Source: a virus
Length of the DNA: 64,000 nt
Virus record (IMG/VR): IMGVR_UViG_3300031521_000001
Reading direction: 5' to 3' (one strand)
Of the stretch, positions 18,308 through 26,656 are shown piece after piece. The notes beneath the pieces were generated by a model. That model was not told the origin of the DNA. It saw only the letters and a program-made list of their open reading frames with translations, and ran no database searches. How positions within the stretch are numbered: the stretch's first letter is position 1; each line of letters begins with the position of its first letter. The translations under genes were made by a program, and so were the position numbers.

Positions 18308-19462
18308 ATGATGGATGATATGAATGAAAAATTAGTATCAAATAAATTACCTCCTTATTTATTTACTGATCAAGCATTAGATAGAAGAGAAGATGTTTAT
18401 GCTCTTACTGAATTTGGTAAAATTGTCAATCGACTTTTTATAAGTGACCAAATATATTCTGATGATTTTTGGAAATATATAAAAAATAAATTCAAATTGA
18501 AGTCTGAAAATATTACATTTTTTTGTGATATACATTCTGATACTAAGAATAGAGTTGAAAAAAACTATAAGTATATTATTAAAGTGGAAAAACCATATAA
18601 GCTTATTATTCAATTTTATGATGAAGAAAAAATTGTTGATCCTCAAATATATGAGAATGAAGATTCTCAAAAAAATAAAATATCAGATTTGTTGATATAT
18701 TTTGATTCTGATGCAATTAAATATGTTGATGATATATCTAATGATCTTAGAAATATTGTATTTGTTCAGCCAATAAATAAAACATTTTTTATAATATCAT
18801 CAAATGCAATGGGTTATGAATTACGTCCAGTTACAATAAAAGATTATGATATACAAATTGGATTGAATTATGGAGATTCTTTTGTTGATAAGCATAAAGA
18901 AATATTAGATAAAATTAAGAATAATAAACATGGCTTATTTTTATTTCATGGATTGGAAGGTTGCGGAAAAACTATGTATTTGCGTAAGCTTATTTCTGAA
19001 TTAGCGAATGAAAAAACTATAATTTATGTTCCATCTTTTTTAATGATGGATATTGCAAATCCTGGTTTGATATCTTTTGTGTCAAAATTTAAAAATTCTA
19101 TTTTATTGTTGGAAGATGCAGAATCTATATTAACTTCTCCTCAAGAAGAAAGAACTCAAGCTGTTAGTAATATTTTGAATATTAGTGATGGATTGTTAAA
19201 TGATCATATGGATATGCAAATAATAGCAACTTTTAATGTAGATAAAAAAATAATTGATAAAGCATTACTTAGAAAAGGAAGACTTATGGTGGATTGTAAA
19301 TTTAAAAAATTGACATCTAAGCAAGCAACTAAATTATCTGAATATATAGGATTGAATAAAAAATATGATGAACCATCTACACTAGCTGAGATTTATGAAG
19401 AAATTGATGGTAATAAACAGTTGATTGATTCAGATAATGATACTAATAAAATAGGATTTTAA
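18308..19462 (+). CDS. AAA+ ATPase (BCS1-like C-terminal domain)
   Basis: Walker A GLEGCGKT, Walker B LLLEDAE, LNISDGL, ALLRKGRL, C-terminal KIGF. Confidence 0.88.
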   Translation: MMDDMNEKLVSNKLPPYLFTDQALDRREDVYALTEFGKIVNRLFISDQIYSDDFWKYIKNKFKLKSENITFFCDIHSDTKNRVEKNYKYIIKVEKPYKLIIQFYDEEKIVDPQIYENEDSQKNKISDLLIYFDSDAIKYVDDISNDLRNIVFVQPINKTFFIISSNAMGYELRPVTIKDYDIQIGLNYGDSFVDKHKEILDKIKNNKHGLFLFHGLEGCGKTMYLRKLISELANEKTIIYVPSFLMMDIANPGLISFVSKFKNSILLLEDAESILTSPQEERTQAVSNILNISDGLLNDHMDMQIIATFNVDKKIIDKALLRKGRLMVDCKFKKLTSKQATKLSEYIGLNKKYDEPSTLAEIYEEIDGNKQLIDSDNDTNKIGF

Positions 19463-19465
19463 CTT

Positions 19466-19498
19466 AAAATCTATTTCAATTGAAATAGATTTTTTTTT
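19466..19498 (+). terminator. Intrinsic terminator
   Basis: AAAATCTATTTCAATTGAAATAGATTTT palindrome followed by a T-run. Confidence 0.75.
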
Positions 19499-19543
19499 GT
19501 CTATTTACCTGTATTTTTATTTTATATATAAATTTAAAATACT

Positions 19544-19729
19544 ATGTCTATATTAACAGTTTTTATAGTTTTGATAGTGGTTGGTGTTATTTTATGGTTG
19601 GTGAATTCATATATTCCTATGGATGCAAAAATAAAGAACATATTGAACATTGTAGCTATTATTATTTTGATTATTTGGCTTCTTAAAGTGTTTGGAGTTT
19701 TAGCTATTATATCAAGTGTACATATATAA
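19544..19729 (+). CDS. Small two-TM membrane protein
   Basis: Hydrophobic LIVVGVILWLVNSYIPM...ILNIV...IWLL. Confidence 0.8.
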   Translation: MSILTVFIVLIVVGVILWLVNSYIPMDAKIKNILNIVAIIILIIWLLKVFGVLAIISSVHI

Positions 19730-19743
19730 ATGCATATACTTAT

Positions 19744-19780
19744 AAAAAAAGTGATTTCAAATTTGAAATCACTTTTTTTT
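19744..19780. terminator. Bidirectional terminator
   Basis: AAAAAAAGTGATTTCAAATTTGAAATCACTTTTTTT. Confidence 0.78.
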
Positions 19781-20749
19781 ATTTAAATCTATTATGTTTT
19801 TAAATTCTTCTATTATTTTATTCTTGTTTATTGAATCTGAGTTGTTTATATAATCTACAATCATTTCATTTAAAGATAATGATGTTTCATTTAATTCTAA
19901 AATATCTTCCTTGTCTTTTATTATTTCATCATCAGAATAACTTATATTTACAATGTCATTTTCTGATATGAGCATATCGATTCTAAGTTTATTGTCTATT
20001 AATAGATTTTTATTTATATTAAGACTTACATAATTTTTGTTGAATATTTCTTTATCTATGTTTAAATCTGATTCTGAGTTTATTGATATTTTCTTGAAAT
20101 TAGGACTTATTTTGTTCTTTATGAATTTGTCTTTATCATTATATGCATCTAATACTATAAATCCTTTTGTTTCATCACTCTCTGTGTTGTAAGGCGATCC
20201 TAAATTTTTGATGTTTTTTACTACACCATTTTTGTCATAATATCCATTATAGCATTTTTTGAATTTTCTCAACTTGTTTATTATAATATCTTTTTTTGAT
20301 GAATTTAAATAATCAAAATTAAAAAAACATACATCAGATTCAAATTTATCAATGTCTTCAATTTTTGTGTTATATGGGAATATAGTGAATACTTGCTCTA
20401 CCAATAATTTTATTTGGGTAGGCTCATTTATTATTTCTATGTTTTTGAAATTTTTGAGTATATTAAGTGATAGTTTATCATTTTCTCCCTCAATAATATA
20501 AACAGGTAACATATTCGATATTTTTTCGAATAATGTTTGTATGAAATTTAATACAGATAGATCAACATTCTTTGATTTGTATAGAAAGTTTCCTAAGTGA
20601 ATTAGTATATCGTTTGGTTTTACATTTTCTGTTAAATATGGTATAAAATCATTATTGTAATAATTTTCCATATTTTTAAGCCAATCTTTGGTTGATATGT
20701 TTTTTGAAATATTGAAATTTGTGTTGCTTATTATGAATATTTTTGACAT
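19769..20749 (-). CDS. gp47/SbcD/Mre11-like metallophosphoesterase, degenerate active site
   Basis: Motif positions kept but altered: ISNTNF, IHLGNF, IEGEND, YNGYYD; LGSPY and KGF retained. Confidence 0.7.
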   Translation of the reverse strand: MSKIFIISNTNFNISKNISTKDWLKNMENYYNNDFIPYLTENVKPNDILIHLGNFLYKSKNVDLSVLNFIQTLFEKISNMLPVYIIEGENDKLSLNILKNFKNIEIINEPTQIKLLVEQVFTIFPYNTKIEDIDKFESDVCFFNFDYLNSSKKDIIINKLRKFKKCYNGYYDKNGVVKNIKNLGSPYNTESDETKGFIVLDAYNDKDKFIKNKISPNFKKISINSESDLNIDKEIFNKNYVSLNINKNLLIDNKLRIDMLISENDIVNISYSDDEIIKDKEDILELNETSLSLNEMIVDYINNSDSINKNKIIEEFKNIIDLNKKK

Positions 20750-21087
20750 TCTTCTATAAATTTTAATTTTATTTTTCGTATTATTTTCTTATATGATATA
20801 AAATCATTGGTTGAAAAATCTACAATTTTTAAGACATGCGTGTTTTTGTTGTCTATTTCTATAGAATAATAGTTTGAAAATGTATCATCATTTAAATTGG
20901 TTATTTTTTCAAAATAAAAAAATTTGTCTAATATACTACGCAATAAATAATCATCATTTTTAATTATTATTAATATTGACCAATCAATTCTTGAATGATA
21001 ATATTTAATATTTAGAAATTCTAATATTTTTGTTGAGTATTCTGTTCCATATCTGCTATAATTATCACTACATATATAATAACTCAT
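20731..21087 (-). CDS. Small protein with C-terminal RKxKL tag
   Basis: Ends IIRKIKLKFIEECQKYS. Confidence 0.65.
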   Translation of the reverse strand: MSYYICSDNYSRYGTEYSTKILEFLNIKYYHSRIDWSILIIIKNDDYLLRSILDKFFYFEKITNLNDDTFSNYYSIEIDNKNTHVLKIVDFSTNDFISYKKIIRKIKLKFIEECQKYS

Positions 21088-21447
21088 ATTCTATTTAATT
21101 TTTCAATTTTTTCTTTTCTTTCATATTGAATTAATACTTTTTCTATATCACCAACTATACAGTCTGAAGAGAATGTTATATTCATATCATTTTCATTAAA
21201 ATCAAAATCTATTTGGAAAAACACCAATTAATTTTAGATTATTTGATATTATTATGTCTTTTTTGCTTATATTATAAATATTTTCAATTAACTTACTTAT
21301 TAATGCGTAGTTATCATTTGATGTTGTTGCTGAAAATCTTATTAAATCTCCATAGATCGTTATAGTTTTTAAATTGAATATCATACTAAACATCTTTATG
21401 TTTATTTTGTATTTTTTTAATTTTATTTCTTTTATATCAAGCATCAT
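21084..21447 (-). pseudogene. Frameshifted paralog of tail-tube-like ORF 21452..21886
   Basis: ...IGVFP, then the +1 frame reads IDFDFNENDMNITFSSD...KKRKIEKLNRI*; one extra base near 21213. Confidence 0.7.
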
Positions 21448-21451
21448 AACA

Positions 21452-21886
21452 TCAATTTACTTTGTTCGTCATATAAATTTCGTCCAATTTTTTTAATTTT
21501 TCTTTTCTTTTCTTTCTCTCTTTTTGTTTTCTGAGTTCTTTCGTTGTGTCATCATCAAAGTATGCGTAATCAACAGAGAAATTGACGTTTATATCATTGT
21601 CGTATGAATTATATTCAATATTCGTAGGGAAAACTCCTTTTAAAATATATCCTTTGTGTAATGTATCAAACTTATATGTTGATGCACGTACATTTTGATT
21701 TGGGTTAAACCAATTCAGTAGTGATACATAATTACTTGAAGATGTTGTTGCTGTCATTTCTATAGTAGCACTGTTTATATTAGTGTATTGTGGTGCCTGT
21801 CCACGAAAATTGATTGGACTTGTCCCACTGGTTGTCATAGTTAGGTTTGTAATTTCAAATGAGATATTATTTATTATTGTGCTCAT
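21452..21886 (-). CDS. Degenerate gp19-like tail-tube domain with C-terminal RKxKL tag
   Basis: LLNWF...ASTYKFD...ILKGVFPTNIEY...INVNFSVDY, then RKKRKEKLKKL. Confidence 0.6.
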   Translation of the reverse strand: MSTIINNISFEITNLTMTTSGTSPINFRGQAPQYTNINSATIEMTATTSSSNYVSLLNWFNPNQNVRASTYKFDTLHKGYILKGVFPTNIEYNSYDNDINVNFSVDYAYFDDDTTKELRKQKERKKRKEKLKKLDEIYMTNKVN

Positions 21887-21910
21887 AATATTGAGTTATT
21901 TTTATTATTT

Positions 21911-21937
21911 TTATATGATAAAAAATTTAAAATGTTT
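21911..21937 (-). promoter_or_regulatory. Putative middle promoter AAAC-N18-TATAA
   Basis: Minus strand reads AAAC ATTTTAAATTTTTTATCA TATAA. Confidence 0.5.
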
Positions 21938-21994
21938 AATAGTATTCAATGAACTGATATTTTTTAATATATAAAATAAAATAATAACATAAAA

Positions 21995-22453
21995 ATGATA
22001 AAATATTTTGCATATGGATCGAATGTATCAGAGTATAGAATGAAAACTGAAAGAAATATAAATTTCGCATCAAGAAAATTTTCAACTTTGGAAAATTATA
22101 AGTTGGTTTTCAATAAAGTTTCTAAGAAAAATTGTTATTTAGGATTTGCTAACGTTGTTCCATCAAATGGTGATATTGTGGAAGGAGCATTGTATGAGAT
22201 TGATGATTCTGATATTTGTGTGATTGATAGATTTGAAGGTGCAAGTTCAAAAATAATACACTACACAAGGGAAGAAATTGAAGTTTTGTGTGAAGGTATA
22301 AAAGTTAAAGCAATAGTTTATATTGCTAATCCAGCTATGATTAGAAAAAATATATTACCTGATAAGAATTATATGAAATATATTTTAGAAGGTAAAGATA
22401 TATTTAGTTCTGATTACTATGAAAATCTTTCAAAAACAACTACATTAGATTAA
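21995..22453 (+). CDS. Gamma-glutamylcyclotransferase family protein
   Basis: YFAYGSN, VEGALYEI, DRFEG. Confidence 0.88.
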   Translation: MIKYFAYGSNVSEYRMKTERNINFASRKFSTLENYKLVFNKVSKKNCYLGFANVVPSNGDIVEGALYEIDDSDICVIDRFEGASSKIIHYTREEIEVLCEGIKVKAIVYIANPAMIRKNILPDKNYMKYILEGKDIFSSDYYENLSKTTTLD

Positions 22454-22468
22454 ATTAAAATGAAGATA

Positions 22469-22975
22469 TTAAATATCTTCATTTAATTGTTTTATTTTTT
22501 CTAATTTGTTTTTAGTATTAATTTTATAGAATTTGTTGTCATGTATCTCTTTATATCTGGTATATTTTTTTTCAATTTTGTAAACATAGAAACTGTTATT
22601 TGAATTTTTTAGAATTTCTAATAAATCACCTTCAAAATCTACAACACTATTTTGGTGTGTATGAGTCATATTATCTTTTATTGAAAAATTTAAAAATGTT
22701 GGTTGATCTACAATTGTTACATTGTTAAATTTAGATACTTCTACAAATAAATTGAAATCAATTCTTTTTAAATATGACATTGAAATGACTGATCTTAAAT
22801 TTTCCTTTTCGTGTAATGTATTAATTACTAATTCAATTAGATTTCTATATTCTTTTGTAAATTTAGATTTTGTGTCATTAGATTTAAGTAGAGAATATAA
22901 TGTCACTTCATTTTTTTCTTTAAATATTTTCTTTATATCTCTAATTACTTTAATCTTAATCCATTCATTTTTCAT
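22469..22975 (-). CDS. Hypothetical protein with basic C-terminal tag
   Basis: Ends TKNKLEKIKQLNEDI. Confidence 0.65.
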   Translation of the reverse strand: MKNEWIKIKVIRDIKKIFKEKNEVTLYSLLKSNDTKSKFTKEYRNLIELVINTLHEKENLRSVISMSYLKRIDFNLFVEVSKFNNVTIVDQPTFLNFSIKDNMTHTHQNSVVDFEGDLLEILKNSNNSFYVYKIEKKYTRYKEIHDNKFYKINTKNKLEKIKQLNEDI

Positions 22976-23265
22976 TATAATATTCCTTCGTTTTTTGCTT
23001 CTTCTATTGCGATTTTTTGTCGTTCTTCTATCTCTTTTCTATATTTTAGTGCGTCCCTTTTTAATTGTTTAGCAGTTTTTATTACAAATTCTAAATTTTG
23101 TCTTAAACGTATCGATGCTACTTTAAAATCTTTCTTATAAAGTTTATAATAATCTAATCTACAAAAATTTAACTTGTCAATAATCTCTTCTATTGGATTG
23201 TTTTCTGCATCATATAAGTCTTCTTCTTCGTATTCTGACTCATCATCTTCATAGTAATTTTTCAT
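22975..23265 (-). CDS. Possible Hc1/histone-H1-like nucleoid protein
   Basis: KDFKVASIRLRQNL...AKQLKR resembles the GNKAAGTRARK helix of the Hc1 family. Confidence 0.45.
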   Translation of the reverse strand: MKNYYEDDESEYEEEDLYDAENNPIEEIIDKLNFCRLDYYKLYKKDFKVASIRLRQNLEFVIKTAKQLKRDALKYRKEIEERQKIAIEEAKNEGIL

Positions 23266-23461
23266 TTAGGTTGTTTATTTTTTCTTTCCTTAAAATTATA
23301 TTTGCTTCTTGATAAAAACTATTAAAAATCTTTTTGTATTCCACAAATAATTCTATTTTTATGTATTCCATAGATAACTTCTTATTCTTTTTTGTTAATC
23401 TAGAGTTTGCGTGACTTGTATATAATTTATACGCTATATTATCTATTTCTGATATTTTCAT
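23249..23461 (-). CDS. Small protein with C-terminal RKxKI tag
   Basis: Ends IILRKEKINNLNEKLL. Confidence 0.65.
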   Translation of the reverse strand: MKISEIDNIAYKLYTSHANSRLTKKNKKLSMEYIKIELFVEYKKIFNSFYQEANIILRKEKINNLNEKLL

Positions 23462-23781
23462 TTGTATATTTCTTTTAATTTTTCTTTTCTTAATTTTCTG
23501 AGCATTTTAAGTTTATCAATTTTTATTACAAAATCCATTATAGTTGAACAAGAACTACTGCCTATATAAATATATACTGATATAAATATCATATCAGAGC
23601 CAATTTTAAAATTATTTGATTCATCACATGTGACTTTGAATTGTGACACATTTCTATAGTTGTGACTATTTAACATTTCATAGATATTGTATATTATAAT
23701 ATCTCTTGATTTTTTATTATTTTCATTAATAATTAAATTGTCTAATAATTCATATATGTTAGTTTGTATTTCTTGATACAT
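23458..23781 (-). CDS. Stand-alone tail-sheath C-terminal-domain homolog with RKxKL tag
   Basis: Aligns with the C-terminus of sheath 48816..52445, including CDESNN; ends LRKLRKEKLKEIYK. Confidence 0.72.
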   Translation of the reverse strand: MYQEIQTNIYELLDNLIINENNKKSRDIIIYNIYEMLNSHNYRNVSQFKVTCDESNNFKIGSDMIFISVYIYIGSSSCSTIMDFVIKIDKLKMLRKLRKEKLKEIYK

Positions 23782-24736
23782 TATAATATTCTTTCAGTAA
23801 TCTTTTTTTGTCAATTGAAACTACTCCAACTTTTTCACATGCCATTCCTCCTGCTAAATTTGATATTTTAGAAATTTCCTCTATGTCGATATCATTTATT
23901 AACATTGATAATACAGAAATAACAGTATCTCCAGCACCAGATGGATCAACTAAATTTATTGGTGTGGTAGGTACAATCTTACTTATTATTTCATTATTTT
24001 TTTTGTATGAAATGAAAATACCATCTTCTGATAGCGTAATAAATATAATATTTATTCCTTTTTTGTGTAAAATGATAGCTCCTTCTTTGAGTAATTCATT
24101 TTTATCAGATATGTTTAAATTAATACTTTCTTTAAATTCTTTGAAGTTTGGTTTTAAAAGTTCAATATTTTTGTAGTGATTGAAATTTTTCTTTTTAGGA
24201 TCAACTAATATCTTTATGTTTAGTGAATTCGCTTTTTTAATTATTGTATTTATGATATTTTCATTCAAAACTCCTTTGTCATAATCTTGAAATAATATAC
24301 AATCTAAATTTTCTGATTCAATAGCAGATGTGACTAATGATATAAAAATATCATATTCATCATTTAATTCTTCTTTTATTTCCTCATCAATTCTTAATAT
24401 TTGATGATTATTTCCAATTATTCTCGTTTTTGTAGTGGTGATTCGTTTTTCAGATTGATAAATATAATTTGATGATATTCCATATTCTTTCAATAATGAT
24501 AATATAATATCACCATTTTTATCTTTCCCTATTACAGAACATAATATTGGTGTACCTCCAAGATTTATTATATTGGAGGAGACATTTGCAGCACCACCTA
24601 ATTTATTTTCTTTTCTTTCTATATCTACAATTGGAACAGGAGCTTCAGGCGAAATCCTATCAACATTACCAAAAAAATAAGAATCTAGCATAATATCTCC
24701 TATGATCAATATTTTTTTATTTTTAAATAATTTCAT
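23759..24736 (-). CDS. rfaE: D-glycero-D-manno-heptose-7-phosphate kinase (RfaE/HldE domain I, PfkB family)
   Basis: IGDIMLDSY, RISPEAPVP, GGAANV, QDYDKG, VDPK, KPNFKE, DPSGAGDT. Confidence 0.92.
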   Translation of the reverse strand: MKLFKNKKILIIGDIMLDSYFFGNVDRISPEAPVPIVDIERKENKLGGAANVSSNIINLGGTPILCSVIGKDKNGDIILSLLKEYGISSNYIYQSEKRITTTKTRIIGNNHQILRIDEEIKEELNDEYDIFISLVTSAIESENLDCILFQDYDKGVLNENIINTIIKKANSLNIKILVDPKKKNFNHYKNIELLKPNFKEFKESINLNISDKNELLKEGAIILHKKGINIIFITLSEDGIFISYKKNNEIISKIVPTTPINLVDPSGAGDTVISVLSMLINDIDIEEISKISNLAGGMACEKVGVVSIDKKRLLKEYYNVSRNTN

Positions 24737-24758
24737 TTACAAATATTAATTTATAAGT

Positions 24759-24785
24759 TTATATGAATATTTGTAATAAAAGTTT
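24759..24785 (-). promoter_or_regulatory. Putative middle promoter AAAC-N18-TATAA
   Basis: Minus strand reads AAAC TTTTATTACAAATATTCA TATAA. Confidence 0.5.
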
Positions 24786-24794
24786 TTATTGTAT

Positions 24795-26639
24795 TTAACC
24801 AAATACTGTACCACCTATTGTTATTCCGCCACTTGCAAGTAAATTGTTTCTATAACCAATATTAGTTCCAGCCCCATATGCTTTTGTTGATGCCGCTGTG
24901 AATTTTACGATATTTTTAGGTACTTTTGATAATATATAAATTGCACATTGAAATATACTATTTTGATTTTTAGTGTTTGGTCCATCTGTGAAATTCTTAC
25001 TTGGTCTGTGTCCATTAGCATTAGTCCCAGTAACTGATTGGAACTGATTTTTTGCAGTTAAAATAGAATATACGCTGTTGCTACCACCTTTTGTTCTTGC
25101 TCTGTTTAACATAACAGCCATACACCAAGCTCTTTCTTCTGTGTTGTGAGACGCTTCTGCGTACACCGCTCTTATTAGCATGTTCCATTCAGTTATACTC
25201 ATTGCTCTACCTAAATATGTATCTGCTGATTTTTTTGCTGCAGCTGCACTAACAGAATCTCCAACTACAATTGGAGAATCATAAATATCATCAAGTGAAA
25301 CATTGTTGTTTACATCACATGGGAAATTTGATGTAGATGCTGTATATACGCTTCCTTTGTATTCCCCCTTACCTGTGTTACTACCTTTTTGCTTGTCACC
25401 CTTTCTTGAAGGCCATTCAAAATATAATTCTGGATCAACTTTTTTATTTGCAGGTGTAGTCACTGAAAAATGTAAGTGTGATCCAAATGAGTGTGTTCCT
25501 GTGTTTCCAACTAAACCTATCGGATTTCCTGTTTTTACAATGGCATTTACATTAACTAACATTTTACTTAAATGACAATAACCAGTTTTAAATCCGTTTG
25601 TGTGTTTTATTACAATTGTATTGCCACCACCATGTATACTATCAAATGCAGCAGACACAACAATTCCATCAAATGAACTCACAACAACTGTACCAGTAGG
25701 TGCCGCTATATCTATACCACCATGAAATGTTACTCCTTCTCCTTTGAGCTGTCTTGGACCAAATCTACATGATACACGAACTCCTAATAATGGAAGAACC
25801 ATTTCAGAACTTGTTGGTACATAATCAGTAACATTAGCTGAAGTTAGTTCTTCACATCCAGCAGCGTTTAACATATTTATACGATTTAATAGATTTGCAT
25901 AATCTGCATCTTTTGGTAATATTAAATCTATATCATTCACAGAACTATATGTTTCTGATGGTCTTTCTGCTGAATTTACAGCATTGTTGTCCACAATTTT
26001 TACATTTCTTGATACAAAATCTTCTCTTATTGCAGTATATTCATCACATATAATATCAAGTCCTGTTTTAGTAAGAGGACCCAATGAACTATCAACCATT
26101 GATCCTATTTTTCTGAATTCATTTATAAATTTGTCCATCCAGTCAAAAAATCTTGTACCTAATACAGCCTCTTGCCCTGCATTTTTTGAACCTAAATTTA
26201 GAGTTCTTGTGTTATCTTTAAGCTCTAAATTTATGTTTTCTCTTTCTATTGAAATTTTATTGTAATAATAATCAAGAGATAATGAATTATCATCTGAATA
26301 TATTTGTGTTCTATCATCATATAATAATGCAGAAAATCTTGTATATTCATCGTCACTTAATCCATTAAGTCTGGTCTGTAAATTTATGTTATTATTTTCT
26401 GAATATATGTAATATGGAGAGTATAAATCATCAGATAAATAAAGTACATTTACTAATTTACCAATCGCTGGTACAGAAAATTCTTTACCACTCAAATCTC
26501 CGAATGGATAAGCCCAAGGTATGTCTTTAACGTCAATTCCATGATATAATGTTTGTACTCTTACTTTTATTCTACCTTTTTTTGCTGGATCAATATTTTC
26601 TTCTACTACTCCAACGTAAAAATCTCTTAATAATTCCAT
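24795..26639 (-). CDS. Baseplate spike/hub protein: gp5-like OB fold + M23 peptidase + SleB-like cell wall hydrolase
   Basis: GVVEENIDP..GRIKVRV..IPWA; HGGIDIA, YCHL, HLHF; RAVYAEA..VMLNR..KNQFQSV. Confidence 0.85.
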   Translation of the reverse strand: MELLRDFYVGVVEENIDPAKKGRIKVRVQTLYHGIDVKDIPWAYPFGDLSGKEFSVPAIGKLVNVLYLSDDLYSPYYIYSENNNINLQTRLNGLSDDEYTRFSALLYDDRTQIYSDDNSLSLDYYYNKISIERENINLELKDNTRTLNLGSKNAGQEAVLGTRFFDWMDKFINEFRKIGSMVDSSLGPLTKTGLDIICDEYTAIREDFVSRNVKIVDNNAVNSAERPSETYSSVNDIDLILPKDADYANLLNRINMLNAAGCEELTSANVTDYVPTSSEMVLPLLGVRVSCRFGPRQLKGEGVTFHGGIDIAAPTGTVVVSSFDGIVVSAAFDSIHGGGNTIVIKHTNGFKTGYCHLSKMLVNVNAIVKTGNPIGLVGNTGTHSFGSHLHFSVTTPANKKVDPELYFEWPSRKGDKQKGSNTGKGEYKGSVYTASTSNFPCDVNNNVSLDDIYDSPIVVGDSVSAAAAKKSADTYLGRAMSITEWNMLIRAVYAEASHNTEERAWCMAVMLNRARTKGGSNSVYSILTAKNQFQSVTGTNANGHRPSKNFTDGPNTKNQNSIFQCAIYILSKVPKNIVKFTAASTKAYGAGTNIGYRNNLLASGGITIGGTVFG

Positions 26640-26656
26640 TTATTTTATTATTTTAT

